The position numbers and the translations under genes are program-made. From NCBI RefSeq assembly GCF_036387595.1, contig NZ_DASVTL010000117.1, positions 18,573 to 82,572 on the forward strand: DNA of 64,000 bases, written 5' to 3'. This document shows positions 44,244 to 57,242 of the stretch, in pieces. A model generated the notes under the pieces. That model was not told the origin of the DNA and did no database searches. It saw only the letters and a list, made by a program, of their open reading frames with translations. The first letter of the stretch is position 1, and each line of letters opens with the position of its first letter. Source of the DNA: Sphingomonas sp. GTDB lineage: Bacteria > Pseudomonadota > Alphaproteobacteria > Sphingomonadales > Sphingomonadaceae.

Positions 44244-45245
44244 TCATTCGTGCCCGCTCACGCCCGCATCCGCAGATGTGGCCATCTCGCGCAGCATCGC
44301 GGCGGCGGCCTTCACGAGCGGCCATGCGAGCAGCGCGCCCGTTCCCTCGCCCAGCCGCATGCCGAGGTCGAGCAGCGGCTGTGCGCCGAGACGGTCCAGC
44401 AGGAGTGTGTGCCCAGGTTCGGCCGAGCGGTGCGCGAATACCAGCGCGTCGCGGCTCGCCGGATTCAGGCCGGTCGCGGCCAGTGCCGCGGTGGTGGCGA
44501 TGAAGCCGTCGACGATCACGATCCGGCCGCTCGCCGCGCCAGCCAGCGCCGCGCCCGTCATCATCACGATCTCGAACCCGCCATATTCCCGCAGCGCGTC
44601 TGCGGGTGCGAGCGTCGCTGCGGTGCGGGCGGCCGCTCTTTCCAGCACCGTGCATTTGCGTTCCAGTCCTGCGGCATCGACGCCGGTGCCCGGCCCGACC
44701 AGATCGCGCACCGGCGATCCCATCAGCTTGGCGGCGATCAGGGCGGCGGCCGATGTGTTGCCGATCCCCATTTCGCCCAGGCATATCGCCTCTCCCGGCG
44801 TCGCGGCGACCAGGTCGCGGCCCGCCACGATCGCGCGCTCATATTGCGCGGCGCTCATCGCGGGTTCGTCGGCCATGTTGCGCGTCCCCGGCGCGATACG
44901 GCGCGAGAGGAGATCGGGGTGAACAACCGGATCGCCGGCGACGCCCGCGTCGATGACCCGCACGTCCACGCCCACCGAGCGTGCGAAGACGGTCGCCGCA
45001 GCACCGCCGGCGAGGAAGTTCAGCAGCATCTGGCGGGTGACTTCCTGCGGATAGGCCGATACGCCTTCCGCGACGACCCCGTGATCGGCCGCGAACAGAA
45101 GCAGCGTCGCGCGCTCGACGATCGGCGACAGCGAGTGCTGCACGCTTGCGATCTGGGCCGCCAACGCCTCCACCCGCCCGAGCGATCCTTGCGGCTTCGT
45201 CTTGGCATCGAGCGCGCGGATGATCTCGGCATTTGATAAAGGCAA
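44244..45245 (-). CDS. cobT: Nicotinate-nucleotide--dimethylbenzimidazole phosphoribosyltransferase
   Basis: LDAKTKPQGSLGRVEALAAQIA...LLLFAADHGV...GEMGIGNTSAAA motifs are present. Confidence 0.95.
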   Translation of the reverse strand: MPLSNAEIIRALDAKTKPQGSLGRVEALAAQIASVQHSLSPIVERATLLLFAADHGVVAEGVSAYPQEVTRQMLLNFLAGGAAATVFARSVGVDVRVIDAGVAGDPVVHPDLLSRRIAPGTRNMADEPAMSAAQYERAIVAGRDLVAATPGEAICLGEMGIGNTSAAALIAAKLMGSPVRDLVGPGTGVDAAGLERKCTVLERAAARTAATLAPADALREYGGFEIVMMTGAALAGAASGRIVIVDGFIATTAALAATGLNPASRDALVFAHRSAEPGHTLLLDRLGAQPLLDLGMRLGEGTGALLAWPLVKAAAAMLREMATSADAGVSGHE

Positions 45246-45420
45246 CGCAGGCGACCTCGTTCTCGCTGGGACGATGCGCGCCCTACTTCATGGTGCTCGG
45301 AATCCAAACGCCTCCGCCGGGTTGACGCCGGCAAGGCCATGCGATTTGTTCCAGCTTTCCGCCTGAACACGCTTGTGGTAAAAGTAAGTTTGACCCATAA
45401 AAGTAGGGATTGGAGTGCGG

Positions 45421-46161
45421 ATGCGGTTTGCGGGCAAGAAGGTGCTGGTCACGGCGGCTGCACACGGGATCGGGCGCGCGACCGCGGAGCGGCTCCGCGA
45501 CGAGGGTGCGTTGGTCTGGGCGCTCGATCGCGATCGTGAGGCCCTGGACGCAATCGAGGGCGTGCGCCCCGTCTTCGCCGATCTGACCGACCCGCAGGCG
45601 ATCGCCGCGCTCCCGCTCGTCACCGGGCCGATCGACGTGCTGGCCAATATCGGGGGCTTCGTCGCGGCGGGCGACATTCTGGAATGCGACGACGCCGACT
45701 GGGCGCTCAGCTTCGACCTCAACGTCAACGCGATGCACCGCACCATCCGCGCGTTCCTGCCCGGCATGCTGGCGCAGGGCGCCGGGGCGATCGTGAACAT
45801 GAGCAGCATCGCGTCGAGCGTGAAAGGCATCCCCAACCGTTATGCCTACGGCGCGAGCAAGGCGGCGGTGATCGGGCTGACCAAGGCGGTGGCCGCGGAT
45901 TTCGTCGGGCGCGGCATCCGGTGCAACGCGGTGTGCCCCGGCACCGTGGAGACCCCGTCGCTGCGCGCGCGCGTCGTCGCGCAGGCCGATGCGCAGGGGG
46001 TGAGCGTGCCCGAGGCCGACGCCGCCTTCGTCGCGCGCCAGCCGATGGGGCGGCTGGGCCGCGCCGATGAGATCGCCGCGCTGATCGCCTATCTCGCCAG
46101 CGACGAAGCGGGCTTCACCACCGGCGCGGTCCATGTGATCGACGGCGGCTGGGTCAATTGA
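45421..46161 (+). CDS. SDR-family oxidoreductase, probable 2-keto-3-deoxy-L-fuconate dehydrogenase type
   Basis: ORF 45415..46161 starts at GTG; the ATG is two codons later. KKVLVTAAAHGIGRATA is the Rossmann motif and YGASKAAV is the catalytic YxxxK. The pathway role is inferred from the fucD neighbour. Confidence 0.8.
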   Translation: MRFAGKKVLVTAAAHGIGRATAERLRDEGALVWALDRDREALDAIEGVRPVFADLTDPQAIAALPLVTGPIDVLANIGGFVAAGDILECDDADWALSFDLNVNAMHRTIRAFLPGMLAQGAGAIVNMSSIASSVKGIPNRYAYGASKAAVIGLTKAVAADFVGRGIRCNAVCPGTVETPSLRARVVAQADAQGVSVPEADAAFVARQPMGRLGRADEIAALIAYLASDEAGFTTGAVHVIDGGWVN

Positions 46162-46171
46162 GGACGATGCG

Positions 46172-46263
46172 ATGACGCTGTTGCGCCATGGACCCAACGG
46201 GCAGAACTTACGGCTGGGCATCGCCGGGCCGGGCGAGCAGACGCAGACGATGGTGGGCGCCGC

Positions 46264-46267
<4 letters not shown>
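46172..46267 (+). pseudogene. 31-codon ORF resembling the N-terminus of FAH-family hydrolases (possible gene remnant or coupled leader)
   Basis: [31 protein letters not shown]. The first ~12 residues resemble the MKLLRYGPxGQE start of fumarylacetoacetate-hydrolase-family enzymes from fuconate clusters (from memory). The stop overlaps the fucD GTG (GTGA). Confidence 0.3.
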
Positions 46268-48290
<2,023 letters not shown>

Positions 48291-48292
48291 CC

Positions 48293-49162
48293 ATGCCCGG
48301 CCGCGAAACCGTGGAACCCGCCCAGTCCAAGCAGCGGGCCTATTCGGCGCCCGCGCTGGAAAAGGGCATCGACGTCCTCGAGCTGCTCGGCGGCGAGCCG
48401 TCCGGCCTGTCGATCGGCGAAATGGCGGCACGGATGGGTCGATCGATCAGCGAATTGTTCCGCGTCGTCATCGTGCTCGACCGCCGCGGTTGGCTGAGGA
48501 AGGATGCCGCGACCGATCGCTACCGGGTGACCTACAAGGTGCTGGAGGCGGCGCATCGTGCGACCCCTGCGCAGGAATTGATCCATGTCGCGGCGCCGCT
48601 GATGCACGCGCTGGCAGCCACCGTCGAGCAATCATGCCATATGGTCGTGCTCAACGATGGCACGGAAGGCGCGCGCGGCCTCGTCGTGCTGCGCCAGGAA
48701 AGCCCCGGCCAGACGGGCTTTGCGGTGCGGCTGGGGACGTCGGTCGATCTGGCGTCGAGCTGTTCGGGCCACGTCCTGCTGGCGTTCGCGAGTGCCGAGA
48801 AGCGCGCGGCCTTGCTTGCGGCGACCAAGGGCGCACCTGGGCTCTCCGCGCGGATCGATCGGGTGCGCGAACACGGCCACGAATGTATCCCCAGCGCGCG
48901 GATGGCGGGGGTATCCGACATGAGCTGCCCGATCTTCGGCTTCGACGGTCAGGCCGTGGCGGCGCTGACGATCCCGTTCCTGGAGGCGATCGACGGCGCG
49001 GCGCATGTCAGCCGGCCGGAGGCGCTGGATGCATTGAAGGCTACCGCGGCGCGCATCTCGACCGCGCTCGGCTGGTACGATCGCGGCGACGAGCCGGGCA
49101 GGGCCGCATTGCCGACTGCCGCACCGACGCGACGGCGGCGGGCAGCCGCCGGGCGCGCATGA
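48293..49162 (+). CDS. IclR-family transcriptional regulator
   Basis: The N-terminal wHTH is [49 protein letters not shown]. An IclR effector domain follows. Confidence 0.85.
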   Translation: MPGRETVEPAQSKQRAYSAPALEKGIDVLELLGGEPSGLSIGEMAARMGRSISELFRVVIVLDRRGWLRKDAATDRYRVTYKVLEAAHRATPAQELIHVAAPLMHALAATVEQSCHMVVLNDGTEGARGLVVLRQESPGQTGFAVRLGTSVDLASSCSGHVLLAFASAEKRAALLAATKGAPGLSARIDRVREHGHECIPSARMAGVSDMSCPIFGFDGQAVAALTIPFLEAIDGAAHVSRPEALDALKATAARISTALGWYDRGDEPGRAALPTAAPTRRRRAAAGRA

Positions 49163-50316
49163 GGATGCCCGCCGCCTCCATCGCCGACTACCGCGATCTG
49201 GCCCGCCGTCGCCTGCCGCGGTTCCTTTTCGAGTATATCGACGGCGGCAGCTATGCCGAGACGACCTTGCGCCGCAACGTCGCCGATCTGGAGACGATCG
49301 CACTGCGCCAGCGCGTGCTCGCCGACGTCTCTGCGATCGATCTGTCCACCGAATTGTTTGGCCATCGCCAGGCGCTGCCGGTCGCGCTTGCGCCGATCGG
49401 TCTGGCGGGGATGAACGCGCGGCGCGGCGAAGTGCAGGCGGCGCGCGCGGCCGAGGCCGCGGGCGTTCCCTTCTGCCTCTCGACCGTGTCGGCCTGCCCG
49501 CTCGGTGAAGTCGCGGCGGCCATGCGGGCACCCTTCTGGTTTCAGCTCTACATGATCCGCGACCGCGGCTTCATGCGCGAATTGTTGGCAGGCGCGCGGG
49601 CGGCGGGGTGTTCGGCGTTGGTGTTCACGGTCGATATGCCCGTTCCCGGATCGCGCTATCGCGATTATCGGTCGGGACTCGCCGGTGCGCCCGGGCTTGT
49701 CGGCGGCCTGCGTCGGGCCGCGCAGGCGATGGCACGTCCGCGCTGGGCCTGGGACGTCGGCGTCCACGGACGACCGCACGGGCTGGGCAACATCGCCCCG
49801 CTGCTCGGGCGCAACACCGGGCTGGAAGACTTCTTCGCCTGGATGCGCGACAATTTCGATCCTACCGTCACCTGGCGCGATCTGGAGACGATCCGGGCCG
49901 AATGGGACGGGCCGCTGATCCTGAAGGGGGTGCTCGACGCCGACGACGCCCGGACGGCGGCGAGCATAGGGGTGGACGGCATCGTGGTATCGAACCACGG
50001 CGGCCGGCAGCTGGACGGGGTGCCGTCCACGGCACGCGCCTTGCCAGCGATAGCGGCCGCCGTCGGTGATCGCCTGACCGTGCTGGCCGACGGCGGCGTG
50101 CGTTCAGGACTGGACGTCGTGCGCCTGCTCGCGCTGGGTGCGAAGGGTGTGCTGCTCGGGCGTGCCTGGGTCTACGGCCTGGCCGGTGGCGGGCAGCGCG
50201 GCGTGGCGCATGTGCTGAGCCTGATCGCCGCCGAGATGCGAGTCGCGATGGCGCTCACCGCCCGCACCTCCATCGCCGCGATAGATCGCACCTGTCTCGT
50301 GGAGGATGTCGGATGA
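49159..50316 (+). CDS. lldD: FMN-dependent L-lactate dehydrogenase / alpha-hydroxy-acid oxidase
   Basis: [37 protein letters not shown] and [12 protein letters not shown] are present. ATG at 49159 overlaps the IclR stop; ATG at 49165 is the alternative. Confidence 0.85.
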   Translation: MRMPAASIADYRDLARRRLPRFLFEYIDGGSYAETTLRRNVADLETIALRQRVLADVSAIDLSTELFGHRQALPVALAPIGLAGMNARRGEVQAARAAEAAGVPFCLSTVSACPLGEVAAAMRAPFWFQLYMIRDRGFMRELLAGARAAGCSALVFTVDMPVPGSRYRDYRSGLAGAPGLVGGLRRAAQAMARPRWAWDVGVHGRPHGLGNIAPLLGRNTGLEDFFAWMRDNFDPTVTWRDLETIRAEWDGPLILKGVLDADDARTAASIGVDGIVVSNHGGRQLDGVPSTARALPAIAAAVGDRLTVLADGGVRSGLDVVRLLALGAKGVLLGRAWVYGLAGGGQRGVAHVLSLIAAEMRVAMALTARTSIAAIDRTCLVEDVG

Positions 50317-52790
50317 TCGCGTCAGGCGACCGCCCCGGTGGCGCCACGGATCGCCAACCCGGCAATATCGCCGACGATTGGACGCGGCGCGATATGCTGC
50401 TGGGGCTGGGGGGCGTTGGTGCGGGGCTGGGGGCCTGGGGCATCGGCGGCCTGCCCGCGCGCGCTCTGGCGGCCGACCCGCTCGCAGTCGCGACGCATAT
50501 CCTGTCCTTCGACGCGCCCGCACGAAGCTGGCTGGAGGCGATCCCGGTCGGCAACGGCCGGATTGGGGCGATGGTGTTCGGTGGTATCGCCGAGGAGCGC
50601 ATCCAGCTCAATCACATCGAATTGTGGTCGGGGCGTCCGGCCGCAGATGACCCGCCCGCCGCGCGGGACGCGCTGGCGGAGGTGCGCCGCTTGCTGTTCG
50701 CAGGCCGCTATGCGGAGGCCAACGCGCTGGCCCAGGCGCGGATGATGGTGCCGATGAACACCGAGACCTTCGGCTCATACCAGATGCTGGGCGATCTGCT
50801 GCTCAGCCTGGATCATCCCGGGGATGCTGGACGGTATCGAAGGGAACTGGATCTGGGAGCGGGCGAGGCGCGGGTCGATTATACGATCGCGGGCCATCGC
50901 TACACGCGGACGATCCTGGCGTCCTTTCCCGACCAGATTCTGTCCATCCACCTGACCACGACCGCGCCGCAGGGCCTTTCGTTCACCGCGCGCCTGCGCC
51001 GCAGCCGTGACGCGACCGTGGCGGCGGCACGCGATCATGTCGCCATGCGCGGCCGGCCCGTACCCAGCGGCACCGCCTTCGCCGCCGATCTCGGCTGCGT
51101 CGCGCAAGGTGGGGTGCGGATGCTGCTGGACGACGGCTGGCAGGTCACCGGCGCGCGCAGCGCAACGCTGTTGCTGAGCGCCGCGACCGACCTGTTGCAG
51201 GCCGATCCGGGAGGGCGGGCGGATGAGGCGATGAGGCGGGCGCGGGGGCGCGGCCCGGCGGCGATAACTGCACGGCACCGGCAGGATCATCGCGCGCTGT
51301 TCGACGCGGTGTCGCTGGATCTCGGCGTGCGGCGCTCGCCCGATACGTCTGCCGAGATGCTGTTGTCCACGGCTGACGGCGGCGACGAGCGGGCGCTGGC
51401 CTGTGCCTATTTCGATTTCGGGCGGTATCTGCTGATCGCCAGTTCTCGGCCGGGGTCGTTGCCCGCCAATCTGCAGGGGCTGTGGGCCGACGGGTTCAGC
51501 CCGCCCTGGAGCGCGGACTACCACATCAACATCAACCTGCAGATGAACTATTGGCCGGCCGAAGTCTGTGGTCTGGGCGCATTGCACGAGCCGCTGTTCG
51601 CGCATGCCGAACGGCTGATCGCGCCGGGCGCGCGGACCGCGCGGATCATCTATGGCTGCCGCGGCGCGGCGGCGCATTACACCAGCAATCCCTGGGGCCA
51701 CACCGCGCCTGACGGGCAGCTGCAATGGGGCATGTGGCCGGACGGGCTGGCGTGGCTGAGCCTTCACTTCTGGGAACATTACCTCTTTTCCGGCGACATC
51801 GACTTCCTGCGCGCGCGTGGTCTGCCGATGTTGAAGACGTGTGCGCTGTTCACCCTGGATTATCTGGTCGCGCATCCACGCACCGGCATGCTGGTGGCGG
51901 GTCCGGCGACATCGCCCGAGAATAGCTATCGCCTGCCCGGCGGCGGCGGCAGCGGCGAGATCACGATGGGGCCGGCGATGTCGCAGTCGATGGCCTTCGC
52001 GGTGCTCAGCCGCTGCCGGGCCGCGGCGGCGCTGCTGGGCACCGAAGCGGCGCTTGCTGCGCGGTGCGACCGGGCGATCGCTCAGCTGCAACGGCTGAGG
52101 ATCGGCGCCGATGGCCGTATCATGGAGTGGCCCGAACCGTTCGAGGAGACCGATCGCGGGCACCGCCACGTATCGCACCTGTTCGGCCTGTTCCCGGGCT
52201 ATGAGATCGATCCTGCGACCACGTCGGCGCTGGCGGACGCGGCACGCAAGACGCTGGCCGCGCGGCTGGCTGGCGGCGGCGGGCAGACGGGATGGAGCGC
52301 CGCCTGGCTCGCGATGTTCCGAGCGCGCCTGGGTGAGGGCGATGCCGCCCGGTCGCTGCTGACCAAGCTGTTCCGCGAATCCACCGCGCCCAACCTGTTC
52401 GACACCCACCCGAGCGGGGGAGAGGTGCCGCTGTTCCAGATCGACGGCAACCTGGGCGCGACCGCGGCGATCGTCGAGATGCTGCTGCAAAGCCACGAGG
52501 GGCGGCTCCGCATCCTCCCGGCGTTGCCCGGTGCCTGGCCGGACGGTCGGCTGACCGGAGCGAGGGCGCGCGGCGGAGTGAGCGTCGATATCGTCTGGCG
52601 GAAAGGCGTGGCGCGCGAGGTGACGCTGCGGCCTTCACGCGATGTCGATTATGCGATAGTGCCGCCGCCGGGTCAGCGGCTCTCGGCGGCTTTCGCGGGT
52701 GATGGGGCGATCGAGGTGGCGCAGCCGCTGTTCGCGCTGCGACGGGGCCGAGTCTACCGCCTCGTGTTCGATGGCAGCGAGGATCGCTAG
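50313..52790 (+). CDS. Glycoside hydrolase family 95 (alpha-L-fucosidase type), Tat-exported
   Basis: ATGA overlap with lld[11 protein letters not shown] is a twin-arginine signal. [19 protein letters not shown]...[13 protein letters not shown] is the GH95 N-terminus. [31 protein letters not shown] is the catalytic region. Confidence 0.85.
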   Translation: MIASGDRPGGATDRQPGNIADDWTRRDMLLGLGGVGAGLGAWGIGGLPARALAADPLAVATHILSFDAPARSWLEAIPVGNGRIGAMVFGGIAEERIQLNHIELWSGRPAADDPPAARDALAEVRRLLFAGRYAEANALAQARMMVPMNTETFGSYQMLGDLLLSLDHPGDAGRYRRELDLGAGEARVDYTIAGHRYTRTILASFPDQILSIHLTTTAPQGLSFTARLRRSRDATVAAARDHVAMRGRPVPSGTAFAADLGCVAQGGVRMLLDDGWQVTGARSATLLLSAATDLLQADPGGRADEAMRRARGRGPAAITARHRQDHRALFDAVSLDLGVRRSPDTSAEMLLSTADGGDERALACAYFDFGRYLLIASSRPGSLPANLQGLWADGFSPPWSADYHININLQMNYWPAEVCGLGALHEPLFAHAERLIAPGARTARIIYGCRGAAAHYTSNPWGHTAPDGQLQWGMWPDGLAWLSLHFWEHYLFSGDIDFLRARGLPMLKTCALFTLDYLVAHPRTGMLVAGPATSPENSYRLPGGGGSGEITMGPAMSQSMAFAVLSRCRAAAALLGTEAALAARCDRAIAQLQRLRIGADGRIMEWPEPFEETDRGHRHVSHLFGLFPGYEIDPATTSALADAARKTLAARLAGGGGQTGWSAAWLAMFRARLGEGDAARSLLTKLFRESTAPNLFDTHPSGGEVPLFQIDGNLGATAAIVEMLLQSHEGRLRILPALPGAWPDGRLTGARARGGVSVDIVWRKGVAREVTLRPSRDVDYAIVPPPGQRLSAAFAGDGAIEVAQPLFALRRGRVYRLVFDGSEDR

Positions 52791-55511
52791 ATGGCTGAGG
52801 TCACGCGGCGCGATGCCCTGCTCGGCGCGGCGGCGCTGGGGCTGCACGGCACCGCGCGTGCAGGGTCGCCGGATGGCGGCGCGGGTGCTCTGGGTGCGTC
52901 CGAGCTGCGTATCGACCACCGCGATTCCGCAGACGGGCTGAATGCGGCGCGACCGCGGTTCGGCTGGACGCTGACGGCGCGGGATCCTGCCCGCCGCGAC
53001 CTGCGCCAGCGTAGGGCGCGGCTGGTCCTCACCGCACCGGGCGGCGCGATCGTGTTCGACAGCGGGCGGGTGGCGGGTACGGCGCCCTGGCTGGTGCCGG
53101 CTCGCGACGTGGCGATGCCGCCGCAGACCCCGCTGCGCTGGCGCGTGATGATCTGGGACCAGGACGACCGGCCCTCGCCGTGGAGCGCGGAGGCGCGTTT
53201 CGTCACCGGCGCGGCGCCGGACTGGCGCGGGCAGTGGATCGCGGCGGAATCCGACGGGGTGGTGACCGCGCCGGCGGACGAAGCGACCCGACCGGCGACG
53301 TCGCGCTATGTCCTGCCGCTGCTGCGCCGACGCTTTCGCATCGACCGGCCGGTGCGGCATGCGGTGGTCTGCGTGTCGGGGCTGGGTGCGCATGTCCTGA
53401 GCATCAACGGCAAGGAGCCGTCGGTGGCGATCCTCAACCCCGGCTGGACCGATTATCGCCGCACGATCCTCTATGAAACGATCGACGTGAGCGATCATCT
53501 GCGCCTGGGCGACAACATGCTCGGCATCCGCCTGGGCGGCGGCATATACGACGTGGCCGGCGCACCGGGCCGCTATTCCAAGTTCATCGCATCGTTCGGC
53601 GCACCCAAGCTGATCCTCCAGCTGCGCATCGTCCATGTCGACGGCACCGAACGCTGGATCGTCAGCGACGATGCGTGGCAGGCGCGGCCGGGTCCGGTAC
53701 AGTTTTCCTCCATATTCGGCGGCGAGGATCACGACGCCCGCCGCGAGCCGACCGGCTGGAACCTGGCGGGCGCCGCGGACGGACCGGGATGGGAACCCGT
53801 GCGGCTCACACGTGGCCCCGGCGGTGTCCTGACACCGCAGGGCACGCCGGGGCTGGCGGTGGCGGAGCGCGTCGTCGCCATCGCGAGGACGCACGTCGAG
53901 CCTGGCGTGACCGTCCACGATCTCGGCCGCAATTTCGCGGGACGTCCCATAATCACGGTCCGCGGCGCGCCCGGCAGCGTCGTCCGCATCACGCCGGGCG
54001 AATTGCTCGACGAACGTGGCCGCGTCACCCAGAAGAGCATGGGCGCCAGCCCCGATGCGGCGATCCGCTTCACCTATATCCTCGGCCAAGGCGATGCGGC
54101 GCAGACCTGGGCGCCGCGGTTCAGCTACACCGGTTTTCGCTATCTGGAGGTCGAGGGCGGCGGCGTGGTCGATGTCGCGGGCGAGTTCGTCCGCGCAGCC
54201 TTGCCGGAAACCGGCGCCTTCACCTGCAGCGCACCCGCGATCACCGCGATCCACCGGCTGATCCGCGCCGCGGTGCTCAGCAACGTCGCGACCGTGCTGA
54301 CCGACTGCCCGCACCGCGAAAAGCTCGGCTGGCTGGAGCAGACGTGGCTGAACGCGCGCACGATCCTGAGCACCGTCGATGCGCTGCCGCTTTATGCCAA
54401 GATGACCGGCGACATGATCGACGCGCAACGGAGCGACGGCATGGTGCCGTCGATCGCGCCCGAATATATCCGCTTCGTGGACGGTGCCGGGCGCGACACG
54501 CCGTTTCGCCACTCGCCCGAATGGGGGTCGGCGATCGTCCAGGCGCCCTGGGCCGCATACCGCTTTTCGGGCGATCCGGCGATCCTGCTCCGCGCCTATC
54601 CGGCGATGCTGCGGTACATGGCGTTTCTGGAGAAGGAGGCCAGGGGCTCGATACTGGATGTCGGATTGGGGGATTGGTACGATCTCGGCCCCAAGCCGCC
54701 GGGCGAGGCGCAGCTGACCAGCCGCGCGTTCACCGGCACGGCCGTATGGTACGACGACCTGATCGCGCTCGTGCGGATCGCCACGCTTCTGGGCCATGCG
54801 GGCGACGCCGCTGCGTTTGCGGCGCGCGCGGAACGAGTGAAGGCGGCGATCGACCGGCGCTTCTTCGATCCGGCCACCGGCATTTACGACCGCGACAGTC
54901 AGACCGCCAATGCGATGGTGCTCGCGCTCGACCTGGCGCCACCCGCGCGCCGCACGGCGGTGCACGCCCGGCTGATCGCCGCGATCGACGCGCGCGAAGA
55001 CCATGTTTCGGCGGGCGATATCGGTTTCCACTATCTCGTCCGCGCGCTGGCCGCCCAGGCTCCCGACCGGCTGGCGCGCATGCTGTTCAAGCGCGATGGC
55101 GCCAGTTACGGCGCGCAGATCGCGCGCGGCGCCACCGCGCTGACCGAGGCGTGGGACGCCAATCCTGCGTCTTCGCAGAACCATTTCATGCTCGGCCATG
55201 TCATGGGATGGCTGATCGGGGGGCTGGGCGGCATCGACCTGGATTTCGCGCGCGGCGAACAAGCTGCACTCAGGATCGCGCCCGTTCCGGTGGCCGGCAT
55301 CACCGCCGCGAGCGCGACGCTGCGCACTGCCGTCGGTACGGTGCGCACCCGCTGGTCGCATGACGCGCGGGGCGTGTTCCACCTGCACGCGATCATCCCG
55401 CCGGGGGTCTCCGCCGCGATCCACATGCCGGGTGCGGGCGATCAGCCGCGTCTCGTAGGTTCGGGCGCCTACGATCTGATCGGACAAGTGGCGATGCCGG
55501 CGGCGCTATGA
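52791..55511 (+). CDS. Glycoside hydrolase family 78 (alpha-L-rhamnosidase type), Tat-exported
   Basis: The ATG immediately follows the GH95 stop. TRRDALLGAAALG is the Tat signal. RPRFGWTL is the N-domain motif. TDCPHREKLGWLEQ is the (alpha/alpha)6 catalytic region. Confidence 0.85.
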   Translation: MAEVTRRDALLGAAALGLHGTARAGSPDGGAGALGASELRIDHRDSADGLNAARPRFGWTLTARDPARRDLRQRRARLVLTAPGGAIVFDSGRVAGTAPWLVPARDVAMPPQTPLRWRVMIWDQDDRPSPWSAEARFVTGAAPDWRGQWIAAESDGVVTAPADEATRPATSRYVLPLLRRRFRIDRPVRHAVVCVSGLGAHVLSINGKEPSVAILNPGWTDYRRTILYETIDVSDHLRLGDNMLGIRLGGGIYDVAGAPGRYSKFIASFGAPKLILQLRIVHVDGTERWIVSDDAWQARPGPVQFSSIFGGEDHDARREPTGWNLAGAADGPGWEPVRLTRGPGGVLTPQGTPGLAVAERVVAIARTHVEPGVTVHDLGRNFAGRPIITVRGAPGSVVRITPGELLDERGRVTQKSMGASPDAAIRFTYILGQGDAAQTWAPRFSYTGFRYLEVEGGGVVDVAGEFVRAALPETGAFTCSAPAITAIHRLIRAAVLSNVATVLTDCPHREKLGWLEQTWLNARTILSTVDALPLYAKMTGDMIDAQRSDGMVPSIAPEYIRFVDGAGRDTPFRHSPEWGSAIVQAPWAAYRFSGDPAILLRAYPAMLRYMAFLEKEARGSILDVGLGDWYDLGPKPPGEAQLTSRAFTGTAVWYDDLIALVRIATLLGHAGDAAAFAARAERVKAAIDRRFFDPATGIYDRDSQTANAMVLALDLAPPARRTAVHARLIAAIDAREDHVSAGDIGFHYLVRALAAQAPDRLARMLFKRDGASYGAQIARGATALTEAWDANPASSQNHFMLGHVMGWLIGGLGGIDLDFARGEQAALRIAPVPVAGITAASATLRTAVGTVRTRWSHDARGVFHLHAIIPPGVSAAIHMPGAGDQPRLVGSGAYDLIGQVAMPAAL

Positions 55512-57242
55512 TCCGGTGACGGGAGCGTCGCGGAGTGCTGCGTCGAAGGCCGGCGAGGTCAGCAGGTGGAACACGCCCGGTGCGACCTCATACCCGTCGC
55601 GCACCCCGTGGCCTGCCAGCGCGGTAGCCACCAGCGTCCGATCGCGCACGACCAGCCGCAGCCTGCCGCGATAAACGTCGGCGGTGTGGATGTTGTCGTC
55701 TCCACCCAGCGCCCGGCGCAGCGCGGCGGGCAGCGCGTGCGTGGCTACTCCGATCTCGCTGGCGGGGGTCGTCGCACTCGGTACAGGCGCTGCCGTCCGG
55801 CCCGGCGACGCAAGTGCATCGCGGATTTCGACCGCGACCTGATCCGCGATGGGGCCGAGCACCACCTGCACCGCATGCAGCGAAGGCTTGATGATCCCGC
55901 GCGCGCCGAGCGCCTTGAGCCCCCCCGCGTCGATTGCGGCCTGGTCCACGACGATCAGCCTGAGCCGGGTGGTGCAGGCATCGACGCTGGTCAGGTTCGC
56001 CGCCCCGCCTAAGGCGGTCACGAAGCCGGCACCGCGAGAACTGGCGACGGGTGCCGCGGGGGCGGCGCCCTCCAGGGGTTCGCGCCCCGGCGTAGGCAGG
56101 TCCAGCTTGACGATGGCGAGCCGGAACAGCCCATAATAGATCGCGAAATAGGCGGCGCCAACCGGGAGCAGCAGCAATGGCCGGGTCGATTTGCCGAAGT
56201 TCAGGGCATAATCGAACAGCCCCGCCGAAAAGCCGAAGCCCAGGTGGACGCCGAGCGCATCCATCAATGCCATCGACACGCCCGTCAGCACGGCATGGAT
56301 CGCATAGAGGACCGGCGCGAGGAACATGAAGCTGAACTCGATCGGCTCGGTCACGCCGGTCAGGAACGAGGTCAGCGCCAGGCTGAGCAACAGGCCGCCG
56401 ACCGCCTTGCGGCGTTCGGGCAGAGCGGTCCGGTACATCGCCAGGCACGCGGCCGGCAGGCCGAACATCATCACCGGGAAGAACCCGCTCATGAATGCGC
56501 CTGCCTGCGGATCTCCCGCGAAGAAGCGGCGCAGATCGCCCGTCGTGCCGTTGTAATCGCCGACGACGAACCAGGCGATGTTGTTGAGAACGTGGTGCAG
56601 CCCGGTGACGAGCAGCAGGCGGTTCAGCACGCCGAACGCAAATAGCCCGAAGCCGCCGGCGCCGGCGATGCCCCGGCTGAGCGAGTCGATGCCGCCGCTG
56701 ATCGCGCCATAGCCGAAGCCCACCAGCGCCGCGATGGCGAGACCCGCCAGCCCCGCCACGATCGGCACGAACCGCCGCCCGCCGAAGAAGGCGAGATATT
56801 CCGGCAGCTTCATCGCCGAATAGCGATTGTAGAACAGGCCGCCGACGATTCCCGAGACGATGCCGATCGGCACCTCCAGCTTGGCGATCGCCTTGCTCCG
56901 AAACGCTGCGGTAGCCAGGTCCGCCAGAGGAGCGGCCAGTCCTGCGGTCGTCTCCGCCGGCACGGCAATGAGGACGCCTGCGCCCTTGCCTGCGACCAGG
57001 AAGCAGACGACGCCTGCCAGCGCCGCGGCGCCATTGCCGTCACGCGCGAACCCGGCCGCCACGCCGATCGCGAAGAGCAGCCCCAGATTGGAGAAGATCG
57101 CCTCCCCCGCCGCGCCGACGAACGCGATGTCGAGCATGTCGGGCTGGCCGAGGCGCAGCAGCAGCCCCGCAATCGGCAGAACGGCGATCGGCAGCATCAG
57201 CGCACGGCCGAGCGGCTGGAGGATTTCGAGCGGCGACCTCAT
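55506..57242 (-). CDS. nagE: PTS N-acetylglucosamine-type transporter, EIIC-EIIB (plus a second degenerate EIIB-like domain)
   Basis: LQPLGRALMLPIAVLPIAGLLLRLG is the EIIC N-terminus. The EIIB active site is NLTSVDACTTRLRL. The C-terminal repeat is GGDDNIHTADVYRGRLRL. Confidence 0.9.
   Translation of the reverse strand: MRSPLEILQPLGRALMLPIAVLPIAGLLLRLGQPDMLDIAFVGAAGEAIFSNLGLLFAIGVAAGFARDGNGAAALAGVVCFLVAGKGAGVLIAVPAETTAGLAAPLADLATAAFRSKAIAKLEVPIGIVSGIVGGLFYNRYSAMKLPEYLAFFGGRRFVPIVAGLAGLAIAALVGFGYGAISGGIDSLSRGIAGAGGFGLFAFGVLNRLLLVTGLHHVLNNIAWFVVGDYNGTTGDLRRFFAGDPQAGAFMSGFFPVMMFGLPAACLAMYRTALPERRKAVGGLLLSLALTSFLTGVTEPIEFSFMFLAPVLYAIHAVLTGVSMALMDALGVHLGFGFSAGLFDYALNFGKSTRPLLLLPVGAAYFAIYYGLFRLAIVKLDLPTPGREPLEGAAPAAPVASSRGAGFVTALGGAANLTSVDACTTRLRLIVVDQAAIDAGGLKALGARGIIKPSLHAVQVVLGPIADQVAVEIRDALASPGRTAAPVPSATTPASEIGVATHALPAALRRALGGDDNIHTADVYRGRLRLVVRDRTLVATALAGHGVRDGYEVAPGVFHLLTSPAFDAALRDAPVTGS

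Noticed and set aside
45246-45420. A possible second cobalamin riboswitch in the 175-nt leader of cobT.
   Set aside because: Read on the minus strand, the leader lacks the conserved GGGAA...GGTG...GCCACTG core and the AGTCAGGAGACCTGCC-type B12 box, which are plainly present at 42100-42290. The fragment GAGAACGAGGTCGCCTGC is not a convincing match.
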